From Calditrichales bacterium (lineage in GTDB: Bacteria; Calditrichota; Calditrichia; Calditrichales; J004): a DNA stretch of 64,000 nucleotides. This document shows, piece after piece, positions 32,756 to 41,563 of this stretch (position 1 is its first letter; every line of letters starts with the position of its first letter). The notes under the pieces were generated by a model. It searched no databases. It had not been told where the DNA came from and was given only the letters and a program-made list of their open reading frames with translations. Both the position numbers and the translations under genes were made by a program. The stretch is from the NCBI GenBank assembly GCA_965267575.1, contig OZ254086.1, positions 2,656,001-2,720,000 of the forward strand, in the 5' to 3' direction.

Positions 32756-32884
32756 GCATCCGGTAACGTGAATCACCGGGATTTGGCTGGGGCTTTTGTT
32801 AATGGGAATGCCGGTATTTATGCTTTTTGGCACGTTGCACTTAATTTTAGAGCTGATAAGCACCGCAGCAGGTGATATGTTTTT

Positions 32885-33271
32885 TTACCAAATCGTTTTT
32901 ATTGTTCCTGAATGCTGTATTTTTTTGTCCTTCGTGACCAATGTGTAGCCGTTTAACAGGCACATGGCTGTAATCATTCTGTCTGCGGGATCAGGATGAA
33001 ACTTTTCAATTTTTACAGATTCAACAAGCAATTGCGGCGTAAGATCTATAACTTCAAGCTGTGGAAATTTTAGCGCGTTGAAAATCCACACGTCCGCAGG
33101 CATGCTCAATTTAAGGCGGCCTTTCTTCTCCAGTAATGCGACTTCCCAACAAGAAATGGCACAAAGATACAGCTTGTCGGAATTTTTAATTTTGTTGATA
33201 GTACGGGCCGGAATCCTCTTTAAATCGCCTGTTACGAGAAATACCCAAACATGTGTGTCCAGAGCAATCAT
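32885..33271 (-). CDS. vapC: PIN-domain (VapC-like) toxin
   Basis: LDTHVW, SCWEVA, HPDPADRMI, LVTKD. Confidence 0.9.
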   Translation of the reverse strand: MIALDTHVWVFLVTGDLKRIPARTINKIKNSDKLYLCAISCWEVALLEKKGRLKLSMPADVWIFNALKFPQLEVIDLTPQLLVESVKIEKFHPDPADRMITAMCLLNGYTLVTKDKKIQHSGTIKTIW

Positions 33272-33492
33272 GGCAGCAAAGTCCAGTCTTCTTCACCGAC
33301 CGGATTTTCAGGATCATTATATTCCGTAACAGACCCTTTCATTCTTTCTTGCACATCTTCCCATACCTCTTCGTTGCTGCTGGGTAGCACTTTTGCGACT
33401 ACTTTCCCATGCTTGGTGATAAATATCGGCTCCTTTATGTCTTTCAGGTATTCGGATATTTTGGCTTTGAATTCATTTAAGGCAATCTGCAT
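33268..33492 (-). CDS. Phd/YefM-family antitoxin
   Basis: MQIALNEFKAK...IFITKHGKVVAKV; AAGGAG RBS; ATGA overlap with the toxin gene. Confidence 0.88.
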   Translation of the reverse strand: MQIALNEFKAKISEYLKDIKEPIFITKHGKVVAKVLPSSNEEVWEDVQERMKGSVTEYNDPENPVGEEDWTLLP

Positions 33493-33517
33493 TAAACCCA
33501 TCTCCTTTATGGCTAAT

Positions 33518-33559
33518 ATTAATATGACCAATATAGGTAAGTCATTAATGGAAATACAA
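33518..33559 (-). promoter_or_regulatory. Putative sigma70 promoter and operator palindrome of the toxin-antitoxin operon
   Basis: Minus-strand TTGTAT-N18-TATATT; ATGAC...GTCAT inverted repeat straddles the -10. Confidence 0.55.
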
Positions 33560-33563
33560 ATTC

Positions 33564-34757
33564 CACAGAAGAAATAAACGCAGCACGATATAGACCATCC
33601 AAAAGACATCACCGTCACCATCACCATCAGCGGCACAACAATAAACGACGAGACGATGACGTACAGCACGAACAAACACAGCAACCAAGGCTACTGCGCC
33701 ACCGACAACAGGTGCAGCTGCGACACAAACACAAGACTGCGAAAACACGTTTTACGATGACAACACCATCAGCTGCACAGACTGGAACGAAGGAGAATGC
33801 GGCCCAGAAGAAGGATACAAATACGACAGCACCACAATAAGCCCCCACCACGGCTACGACTTTGACGTACCCACAACCTTTAACGACGAGTTCGAGATAC
33901 GCATCACCGCCAAAGACACGCACGGCAACACCGACACAGCAACAAAAACCAGCCTGACAGAAAACTGCGCAAACGGAGAAGACGACACCCTCGAAGGATA
34001 CGTCGACTGCGCAGACCCAAGATGCGCGAGTAACACAGGCACACCCGCAATATGCTCAAAGAACGGAGAATTATCAGCACAACGATCAGAAGCATACTGC
34101 GTGGACACCAACAACGACGGAATCAAAGAAACATGCGACGGAGCAAAGTTGTACAAACACACCAAAACCACGTGCGCACTCGCACTAGGACAACCCCGCT
34201 GCAACTGCGACACAAACACACAAACACAAGACTGCGACGAAAACTACATCGACAAAAATAACGAAGAATGCTACGACTGGAACGAAGGAGAATGCGGACT
34301 AGAAGGAGGATACAAATACGACACAGAAGAAATAAACGCACCCTACGCCGATGGAAGCTGGTGCGACATGAACAATTGCTGGCAGTACGACCCAGCAAAA
34401 CTTCCTGCAGATCAATTATCATTTCACTACTGCAGTTATGGTGAAGATGATATAGTAGACTCTTTTGACGGAGATGGCAATGATGCCAACGGAGGAGAAG
34501 GCGTGTGCTGTCCTACAGGAGACTATTGGGATCCGGATGCAGATGGTCCAGGCATTGGAAGATGTGTGGGAGCGGGTCCCTGTTATCCGAGCCCACCATA
34601 CAATTGCGGATATGATTACTCATCTGACTTTTTGAATTGGGTGGGAGATTCTAATAATAATTGTTTAGACTCTACCTCACCAAGTGCTTGTTGTAGTGTT
34701 ATCAAATTTGGAAACTTAGATTATTGGTCAGATACTAACAACGTAGTCGTTTATTAA
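33564..34757 (+). pseudogene. Start-less, frameshifted 3' portion of a Cys-rich surface/extracellular protein gene (module A)
   Basis: Frame from 33735 reads DCENTFYDDN...ENCANGEDDTLEGYVDCADPRC...CWQYDP...IKFGNLDYWSDTNNVVVY*; upstream part is in other frames. Confidence 0.75.
33735..34393 (+). repeat. 659-bp direct repeat, copy 1
   Basis: Matches 36421-37079; about 14 substitutions by manual count, no indels. Confidence 0.95.
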
Positions 34758-36316
34758 TCAAGTTGACCAACAATTTTTCCTTTGAAAAGTAATCCGATAC
34801 GTAAGAAATCATACGCGTTTTTTCCAATAACAACTTTGTTATTTTCATCAACAGTTGTTATCATCTGACCAAAGCCCGTTCTTGGACCTCCTTCAGAAGG
34901 ACGGTAATCATCAAGAGCAACCGCGGCTGCAGGCAAGTATTCTTCATAATAATATCCTAAAGCACTAGTTGCTTGTACTCTTCCTAAACTATATTTTAAT
35001 TTTTGAATATCATCTTCAACAACATACGACTTGCTATGAACGGGTATTGATGCATTATCCATTGCCCAAACGTTATACCCTCGTTGCGCCCAGTTCGGAT
35101 TGTCTGTTCGCTCATTTGTTGTCCACAAAAGAGTATCTGTTCCTGCAGGAGTATTGAACACATAGATATCTCTAAGTTCAGAAAGCAGCCTGTCTTGTTT
35201 TTCAAACACACTATCTGGAACTGTTCCTATTGGGTCGCCGCTATTATAATCCATTGTGAATTGTTGTGTCACATAGTTTTCCCATCGAGCTGAGAAATGC
35301 GGACCAATTATGATATGACTTAGAGTGTCTAAAGGCACTGATTTATCTACTGCGTACCACAAGAAATTATAAGGAATTTCATTTGCTGAAGCCATTGCAG
35401 GAACAAAACCTGCGTAATAACTTGAAGTTGCGATGTTTTCTTGTCCGGGGTCTTGGTTTTGTGTTCTCATCGCAGCGAATTTTGTGAGTGGCACGCCATC
35501 TGCGTTTGTTCCTTCCAACCACATCGTGTACACATCACTACTAGATGTTTTTCCTAATGATTCCATGCGCACAGCATCATCTAATGCGACCGGCACGTCT
35601 GAAGAATAACTTTGTTGAGAGAGGTTCAGTCCTGGCTTGCTCGTAACTGCACCATCTAAGTCAAGCACTTTTTGCGCGACTCGTCCTTGCGGCGTCAACA
35701 CTTGCAAAAAATACATTCCTTGTGCTAATTCACCATCCATTGAGAACGTAGTGGTTCCACGATTCAAAGAGATCGGCCAATCACGCACCTTTTGTCCAAG
35801 AGTGTTATACAAAGCGATATGACCTACAGTAGGCTTTGCAGTACTCACATCAAAACTCGTTTTATCATTGAACGGGTTTGGATAATTATTTGAGAGTGCA
35901 AATGATTTTGGGATAGGTTTGTTTTTTACTTCTTCAATATCCGTAAGCGTAGCAGAGATTCGTCCATCAGCACCAATATCATAACTGGTCGTGTCACCAT
36001 TAATTGCGAAAAACGCCTTTCCAACAAGAGGCCGACCATCTAAACCCAAAGCGTAGCCAGTAACTGTTTTGTCTCCCACAGTGAATGAACCACCATCTTG
36101 AGCAAACGCAGGAAGAGCGCAAAAAGCGATGCTTGATGAGAATGTTCCAAGAGCAAGCGACGTCGCATACTCATCAAACGCGGCACGCAACCACCCCTCA
36201 CCCCTCTCACGACGAGCACGAATCTTATCCCTATGATAACGACTAAAAGGATTAAACGACTGATTCACATCAGAAAGAACATCCCGAGCATCAAGAATCT
36301 TTTCGACAAGCGACAT
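34754..36316 (-). CDS. Secreted/membrane-anchored protein with an internal T9SS-CTD/FlgD-Ig-like domain
   Basis: Hydrophobic segment ending AFAQ, then FALSNNYPNPFN...YNTLGQKV...LAQGMYFLQV, followed by about 300 more residues. Confidence 0.75.
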   Translation of the reverse strand: MSLVEKILDARDVLSDVNQSFNPFSRYHRDKIRARRERGEGWLRAAFDEYATSLALGTFSSSIAFCALPAFAQDGGSFTVGDKTVTGYALGLDGRPLVGKAFFAINGDTTSYDIGADGRISATLTDIEEVKNKPIPKSFALSNNYPNPFNDKTSFDVSTAKPTVGHIALYNTLGQKVRDWPISLNRGTTTFSMDGELAQGMYFLQVLTPQGRVAQKVLDLDGAVTSKPGLNLSQQSYSSDVPVALDDAVRMESLGKTSSSDVYTMWLEGTNADGVPLTKFAAMRTQNQDPGQENIATSSYYAGFVPAMASANEIPYNFLWYAVDKSVPLDTLSHIIIGPHFSARWENYVTQQFTMDYNSGDPIGTVPDSVFEKQDRLLSELRDIYVFNTPAGTDTLLWTTNERTDNPNWAQRGYNVWAMDNASIPVHSKSYVVEDDIQKLKYSLGRVQATSALGYYYEEYLPAAAVALDDYRPSEGGPRTGFGQMITTVDENNKVVIGKNAYDFLRIGLLFKGKIVGQLD

Positions 36317-36353
36317 AATATTCTAACACACCCACAGCTATAAAAACCTTTCC
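36317..36353 (-). promoter_or_regulatory. Archaeal-type BRE/TATA promoter, leaderless arrangement
   Basis: Minus strand GGAAAGG-TTTTTATA-N22-ATG, no Shine-Dalgarno. Confidence 0.6.
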
Positions 36354-36420
36354 ATTTGTCACCACTCAATAATTAATAACAATATTATTTACAATAAAGA
36401 AAAGAAACAAAAACAGTTTC

Positions 36421-37079
36421 GACTGCGAAAACACGTTTTACGATGACAACACCATCAGCTGCACAGACTGGAACGAAGGAGAATGCGGCCCAGAAGAAGG
36501 ATACAAATACGACAGCACCACAATAAGCCCCCACCACGGCTACGACTTTGACGTACCCACAACCTTTAACGACGAGTTCGAGATACGCATCACCGCCAAA
36601 GACACGCACGGCAACACCGACACAGCAACAAAAACCAGCCTGACAGAAAACTGCGCAAACGGAGAAGACGACACCCTCGAAGGATACGTCGACTGCGCAG
36701 ACCCAAGATGCGCGAGTAACACAGGCACACCCGCAACGTGCTCAAAGAACGGAGAACTATCAGCACAACAATCAGAAGCATACTGCACCGACAACAACAA
36801 CGACGGAATCAAAGAAACATGCAACGGAGCAAAACTCTACAAACACACCAAAACCACGTGCGCACTCGCACTAGGACAACCCCGCTACAACTGCGACACA
36901 AACACACAAACACAAGACTGCGACGAAAACTACATCGACAAAAATAACGAAGAATGCTACGACTGGAACGAAGGAGACTGCGGACTAGAAGGAGGATACA
37001 AATACGACACAGAAGAAATAAACGCACCCTACGCCGATGGAAGCTGGTGCGACATGAACAATTGCTGGCAGTACGACCC
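36421..37079 (+). repeat. 659-bp direct repeat, copy 2
   Basis: Matches 33735-34393. Confidence 0.95.
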
Positions 37080-37413
37080 CGACCCAACACTAGGAGTAGA
37101 AGACGCACTCACCTATCACTACTGCAGCTACGGACAAGACGACACCGTAGGAACAACAGACGATTCCGGAAGTGGCGTGTGCTGCCCAACAGGAACAGCA
37201 TGGAACGGAATTGAATGCGTGGAAACAGAGCAATGCCACCCGCCAGAATTTCCGGGCGATGGAAGATGCGCCGCTGAATACGCCAACGAGTTCACCCAAT
37301 GGACACAAGACCAAAACTGCCTCGACGCAACAGGAGCAACGGCGTGCTGCGAAAAAATCAAATTCGGAGAATACAACTACTACTCAGACACAAGCAACAT
37401 CAAAACCTACTAA
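36421..37413 (+). pseudogene. Start-less 3' portion of the same Cys-rich protein gene with a different C-terminal tip (module B)
   Basis: Frame is open from 36373 but has no ATG/GTG/TTG until 37054; ends IKFGEYNYYSDTSNIKTY*. Confidence 0.78.
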
Positions 37414-37440
37414 GAACCCCCCAAAAAAAAAGAATTTTCT

Positions 37441-39030
37441 TTATTCGTCAGGACCACTACCAACATACTCCCAACCAGTACCGGGATCAAAACTATAAAG
37501 CGTCTTAAACGCATCAACCATAAAATCTGACACGCCACGCGTTTCTCCATCAACCATAAAAATGGAATCACTAAACCCCCAGGGTTCTTTGTTAATACCA
37601 AGCATCGAACCAATCTCCGCAATCTTAGTGCTTCTACCAGATAAACCATTCGTGGTCAAGTAAGCCCGCCCATCTAAGAAAATACCATTATCCTTATCCA
37701 CGCTAACACCATTTGCTGGTTGAGGGTTCTGCCATAACACACCCCAATAACCATCCTCTAACAAGTAGTTTTCATAATATTCATCAAAAATTCGCGTGTA
37801 GGGTGGTAAGCCTTCCAAACGACTCACTTCATTATCAAGAATATCAACGACCTCAGCAATCTCTTCAGGCGGTATAACATCACCATCCGTGTACTCCTCA
37901 CTCGTATCCACCACAAACGTAAAAGGACTCACAAGCCGACCATCAGAACCACGACCCAAATAATCCATCAAATCATACGTACCCGTAAAACCACCACCAT
38001 AATCATCATCCGTAATCACAAACTCCGTCACAGGAACCTTATACAAATCAACACCCATATCCCCAGCTATCGAAACAACCGCTTCTTTATCAAACCAATC
38101 CCGCTGCTCAAGATTAGAAATAGCGTAATCATAACACTTAGCAGCATCACGAACAATAAGCATCAAATCATAAAAACCCTCACCTGTAAGGTTCACATCA
38201 ACAGAATCAGGCGGTAAACGAAACGTCACAGGACCAGTAATAACAGTATCAATATCATACGCATCATCAGAAAGATTATCCACCACTAGGCGCGTGGGCG
38301 TGGTTATGGTTTGCTCACCATCCGTTAACAAATTCCTCGGCGTGAACGTCACGTTATACCACGCCTCATCAAGATAATAATCAAAAATGTTTGTCTGATC
38401 ACTCTCAAGCCACTGAGTCGTCTCAAGAGTCTCATACCCTTCTTTCTCCACGCTGACTTCAGCTAAGACTGACTCTTCAACACCATCAGATTTGTGCAAG
38501 GCATGAGGAGAAGCGCTACTAACAGCGACTTGTTGAGCGAGGGTAAAACCACCAGAAGAAAAAACCTTCTCAGTGTAACGCTCACCATTTAATTGCGCAC
38601 TCACAAAATACACCCCCGAAGGCAACGACGACACATCAGCTGTAACGTCTTGTCCAAGACGGTTATACACACGAACAGCAGGGTTCACCGCACGAGGAGC
38701 AGATATTTTCGCAGTCACCACCCCACCACGCTCAACCGCCGTTGGGAACACCCGCATATCATAATTTGCGGGAGTGAAGAATTGTTGATCTTCAATAGGA
38801 GTCACATCCCCACCAAAAGAACCGTTCTCATCGGTGACAAAGCGTGACGTGTCACCGTTGGCAATGTAGGTGACAAGGGCGTTTTGTAAAGGCTGTTGCG
38901 TGACAGAATCTCTAACGGTTCCTTGTACCGGGAACACGGCGGCGTGCAGGAATGGGCTGCAGGTGAGTGTTAGCAGCATGGCGCATAAAAAGGATCGAGT
39001 GCTTTTCGCGTGGCGGGCATTGTATCTCAT
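37441..39030 (-). CDS. Secreted acidic protein with a carboxypeptidase-regulatory-like N-domain and a degenerate internal CTD-like domain
   Basis: Signal peptide, VQGTVRDSVTQQPLQNALV...TDENG.F, VYNRLGQDV...LPSGVYFV, VEKEGYE. Confidence 0.72.
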   Translation of the reverse strand: MRYNARHAKSTRSFLCAMLLTLTCSPFLHAAVFPVQGTVRDSVTQQPLQNALVTYIANGDTSRFVTDENGSFGGDVTPIEDQQFFTPANYDMRVFPTAVERGGVVTAKISAPRAVNPAVRVYNRLGQDVTADVSSLPSGVYFVSAQLNGERYTEKVFSSGGFTLAQQVAVSSASPHALHKSDGVEESVLAEVSVEKEGYETLETTQWLESDQTNIFDYYLDEAWYNVTFTPRNLLTDGEQTITTPTRLVVDNLSDDAYDIDTVITGPVTFRLPPDSVDVNLTGEGFYDLMLIVRDAAKCYDYAISNLEQRDWFDKEAVVSIAGDMGVDLYKVPVTEFVITDDDYGGGFTGTYDLMDYLGRGSDGRLVSPFTFVVDTSEEYTDGDVIPPEEIAEVVDILDNEVSRLEGLPPYTRIFDEYYENYLLEDGYWGVLWQNPQPANGVSVDKDNGIFLDGRAYLTTNGLSGRSTKIAEIGSMLGINKEPWGFSDSIFMVDGETRGVSDFMVDAFKTLYSFDPGTGWEYVGSGPDE

Positions 39031-39185
39031 ACGCTGTGTCCGGATACGTTATCAGAATAATACTATTTACAATATCAGCATTAGAAAAACAATACCCGGA
39101 GGCTTGCGGTTTTTGATCCATAATGCGCGTATAAACAGAAATCCATTTAAGGCCCCGTTGATTGATCCCGGCTTTAGCATCCCCA

Positions 39186-39374
39186 TTAACCCACGACTTC
39201 AGTCGTGGGGTTTTGCAGCTGTTATATTCCGGGGAACCGATTCATCGGTTTTAAAAGACGTTGCACACGCAAAACCCGTTTCGGTACTTTTGCCGGCAAT
39301 TGTATTGTACCTGACGGTACAGAACGGGTGAAATTTTGGCTCGTTGCTACCCATGTTGTTGTCCCTGTCGGGAC
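39186..39374. repeat. Complete copy of the four-palindrome composite element
   Basis: Same four palindromes in the same order as 30525-30678. Confidence 0.85.
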
Positions 39375-39521
39375 GGTTGGGGTATCGTAATCTCCGGATT
39401 TCGCGTGGCATTTAATTTTACCGCTGAATTGTTTCCCAGAGTAACCACACCGGCGCAGCAGCGGTTAGGCCATTTTTTTTGGCACATGGCACTTATATTT
39501 AAAAAACGAAAGAACAACGAA

Positions 39522-39805
39522 ATGCGACTTTTAGGATTGACAATAAACGCCTCCTGGAAATATGCCGCAGTAATGATGTCTCTATTCTTGGACTATTTGG
39601 TTCACATGCCCGCGGCGAGGCCGGCGACGGAAGTGATGTGGATCTGCTGGTCCGGTTTTCTAAAAGAAAGAGCCTGGTTGATCTCATTCGATTGGAACGG
39701 GAGATTTCTATGGCACTTGGAAGAAATGTTGACTTGGTTACGGAAAGGTCACTTAGTCCGTATTTGAAAAAAGACGTTCAAAAAGACTTACGGGTAATTT
39801 ATTAA
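39522..39805 (+). pseudogene. Minimal nucleotidyltransferase (MNT antitoxin-like), frameshifted near the start, no HEPN partner seen
   Basis: Frame from 39536: IDNKRLLEICRSNDVSILGLFGSHARGEAGDGSDVDLLVRF...GRNVDLVTERSLSPY...VIY*; ATG at 39522 is out of frame. Confidence 0.82.
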
Positions 39806-39816
39806 AAACAACGCAG

Positions 39817-40010
39817 ATGCACATCAAATATCGTATTGACCGAAGCGGCGTATCAATCGGCAAAATCGAAGACTCCGGCCGTGAGGAGAAGCGTTTTTGC
39901 GCAAACTCTCCCATCGAAGTAAATCTGGAAATGATTACATATTTGAGAGATGCTTCTATGGCGAAGAGGCGACTACCGGAAGAATTCAAAGAGTTTTTGA
40001 ATTTGTTAAT
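39817..40010 (+). pseudogene. Remnant ending in a nucleotidyltransferase-like N-terminus, cut by the cassette array
   Basis: MAKRRLPEEFKEFLNLL runs directly into the attC-like site. Confidence 0.45.
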
Positions 40011-40135
40011 GTTGGCCGTATGAAGCGTTGGGGATTTCGGAGCCACTTCGCTATCAAGGTACAATGAACTTTGATGCGAGAACCATGCTTCCAATAACTT
40101 ATTCGCCCCCAATGTTTTATGACCTCGTGTTAGCG
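40004..40135 (-). mobile_element. attC-like cassette recombination site (distal; core degenerate)
   Basis: Minus strand CGCTAAC...imperfect inverted repeat...ATTAACA. Confidence 0.72.
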
Positions 40136-41032
40136 TCTGGCATTTTTATTTTTTGTTTTAAATATTCTACAAACCATTTATCGTAATCATTTTCCTTCAT
40201 ATTTCTAATAATCTGTTCCCAACTTAGTTTTACAAAGCTGCCACTATCTGAATGTAATGAATTTTCAAATTGCTTTAATCTTGTCATGTTTTTGTCAGTG
40301 AACAATCTTTGCATTCCTAAATTGATAAGTTGAAATTTTGCCCCGTTACTTAATTTTGCTATAAAAGCCCAATTTCTAAAAAGTTCATAATGTCCACTTT
40401 CTGTCAATTCTTGGTAATCAATATCAGGAACTAAATATTTATCAAACTTTTTACTATCCGTTTTTACATCGTTTGAACTTAGATATTTAACTTCAATAAA
40501 AATAAGTTTATCTCTCAACTTAATAATTACATCAGGCTCTGTCCTCTTGTTTGAATCCTCATTGAACGAATCAGATATTTGAATAATCTGTCTTAATAAA
40601 TCAGAGTCGATATTCTGAGAGCAAATATTTGTACCCCATAAATTAAGATCGTATTTCGATTCTTCGCTATCAATATTTAATAACTTAAGTAAATCTTGGT
40701 ATCGTTTTTTAACGACAAAATATTTGAAAAAGCTCCATGTCAAAGCATCTTCTGATGTAGAAAACGCGAACTTGCTTTTTTTATTTGTCCGATTTATCAG
40801 ATTAAGCGAATTATTCAAAACAAAATCCAAATCGTGTCGAAGCAATTCTGGAACATTGTCAATATAATTTTTATAAATCATCGTAGGATTATTTTTCCCA
40901 TTTGAAAATCCTACCATGCAGTTTTCACAACGTCTTAAACAATCATTAAATGAATTGGATGGTTTAACTATTTCATCACGTGGAATCAATAATTCTCCAC
41001 AAATCGGACATTTTTAGTTTATCTAAACTCAT
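40117..41032 (-). CDS. Cassette gene: PD-(D/E)xK nuclease with N-terminal Zn-ribbon; apparent 1-nt frameshift at 41011-41015
   Basis: SEDALTWSFF, TEPDVII...IFIEVKY; CPIC and CENC pairs; low GC. Confidence 0.75.
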
Positions 41033-41066
41033 ATCGTTGATGCTGTGGTTTTTTTTTGTCGCTTGC

Positions 41067-41199
41067 CGCTAACGTTTTACGGTATGGCAAGTAAGGGATT
41101 GCGGGCTACGTTCCTGTCCACCATTACCGAAGTTGATGCGGGAGACAAAGCTTTGCATACCACTGAAACCCTTATTTGCTATACCGTGTGTTACCATGC
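41067..41199 (-). mobile_element. attC-like cassette recombination site
   Basis: Minus strand GCATGGTAAC...22-bp imperfect stem...GTTAGCG. Confidence 0.82.
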
Positions 41200-41204
41200 G
41201 TTAT

Positions 41205-41561
41205 TTATTCTTTTTCGTTATTATATCTATCAAAATCAGCGGAGTAGAAATTTCCATGAGTTGCCAAACTATCTTTAGGCAAATCATAATTTATTAAACC
41301 CCAATCGTCCGATGTAATTACAATCTGAAATCGTTCATTCTCAAATTGTCCAATTGCTGAAATTCCACGTTCGGATGAGTTTCTGACTGTCAATCCTTTT
41401 GGTAATGTAAATAAAGTTGAATCACCCATGAAATACCCAACGGTTATATCTTTTTCTAATCGACCCAGTTTGTAAGAAGGTTTATTAAAACTGCTTAATC
41501 CCCACCCAATCAAGAACAAAATATTTAATACTATTGAAATCCTAAAAATCCATTTTTTCAT
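41205..41561 (-). CDS. Cassette gene: small N-terminally anchored hypothetical protein
   Basis: 118 aa, N-terminal TM, low GC, stops 5 nt before the attC-like site. Confidence 0.7.
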   Translation of the reverse strand: MKKWIFRISIVLNILFLIGWGLSSFNKPSYKLGRLEKDITVGYFMGDSTLFTLPKGLTVRNSSERGISAIGQFENERFQIVITSDDWGLINYDLPKDSLATHGNFYSADFDRYNNEKE

Positions 41562-41563
41562 AA

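Noticed and set aside
33493..33684. Long N-terminal extension of the antitoxin given in the ORF track
   Set aside because: RBS and promoter place the start at 33492; the extension is read-through into island sequence.
33735..37079. Diversity-generating retroelement TR/VR pair (A-rich, many AAC codons)
   Set aside because: Only about 6 of 14 differences are at adenines of copy 2 (fewer in copy 1), the repeat is far longer than a typical TR, and no reverse transcriptase is in the window.
33545..37508. Many short Val/Cys/Arg-rich ORFs on the minus strand and in alternate frames
   Set aside because: Shadows of the skewed, stop-poor Cys-rich frames.
39336..39767. 143-aa ORF in the track
   Set aside because: Overlaps a repeat element and is an off-frame reading of the MNT remnant.
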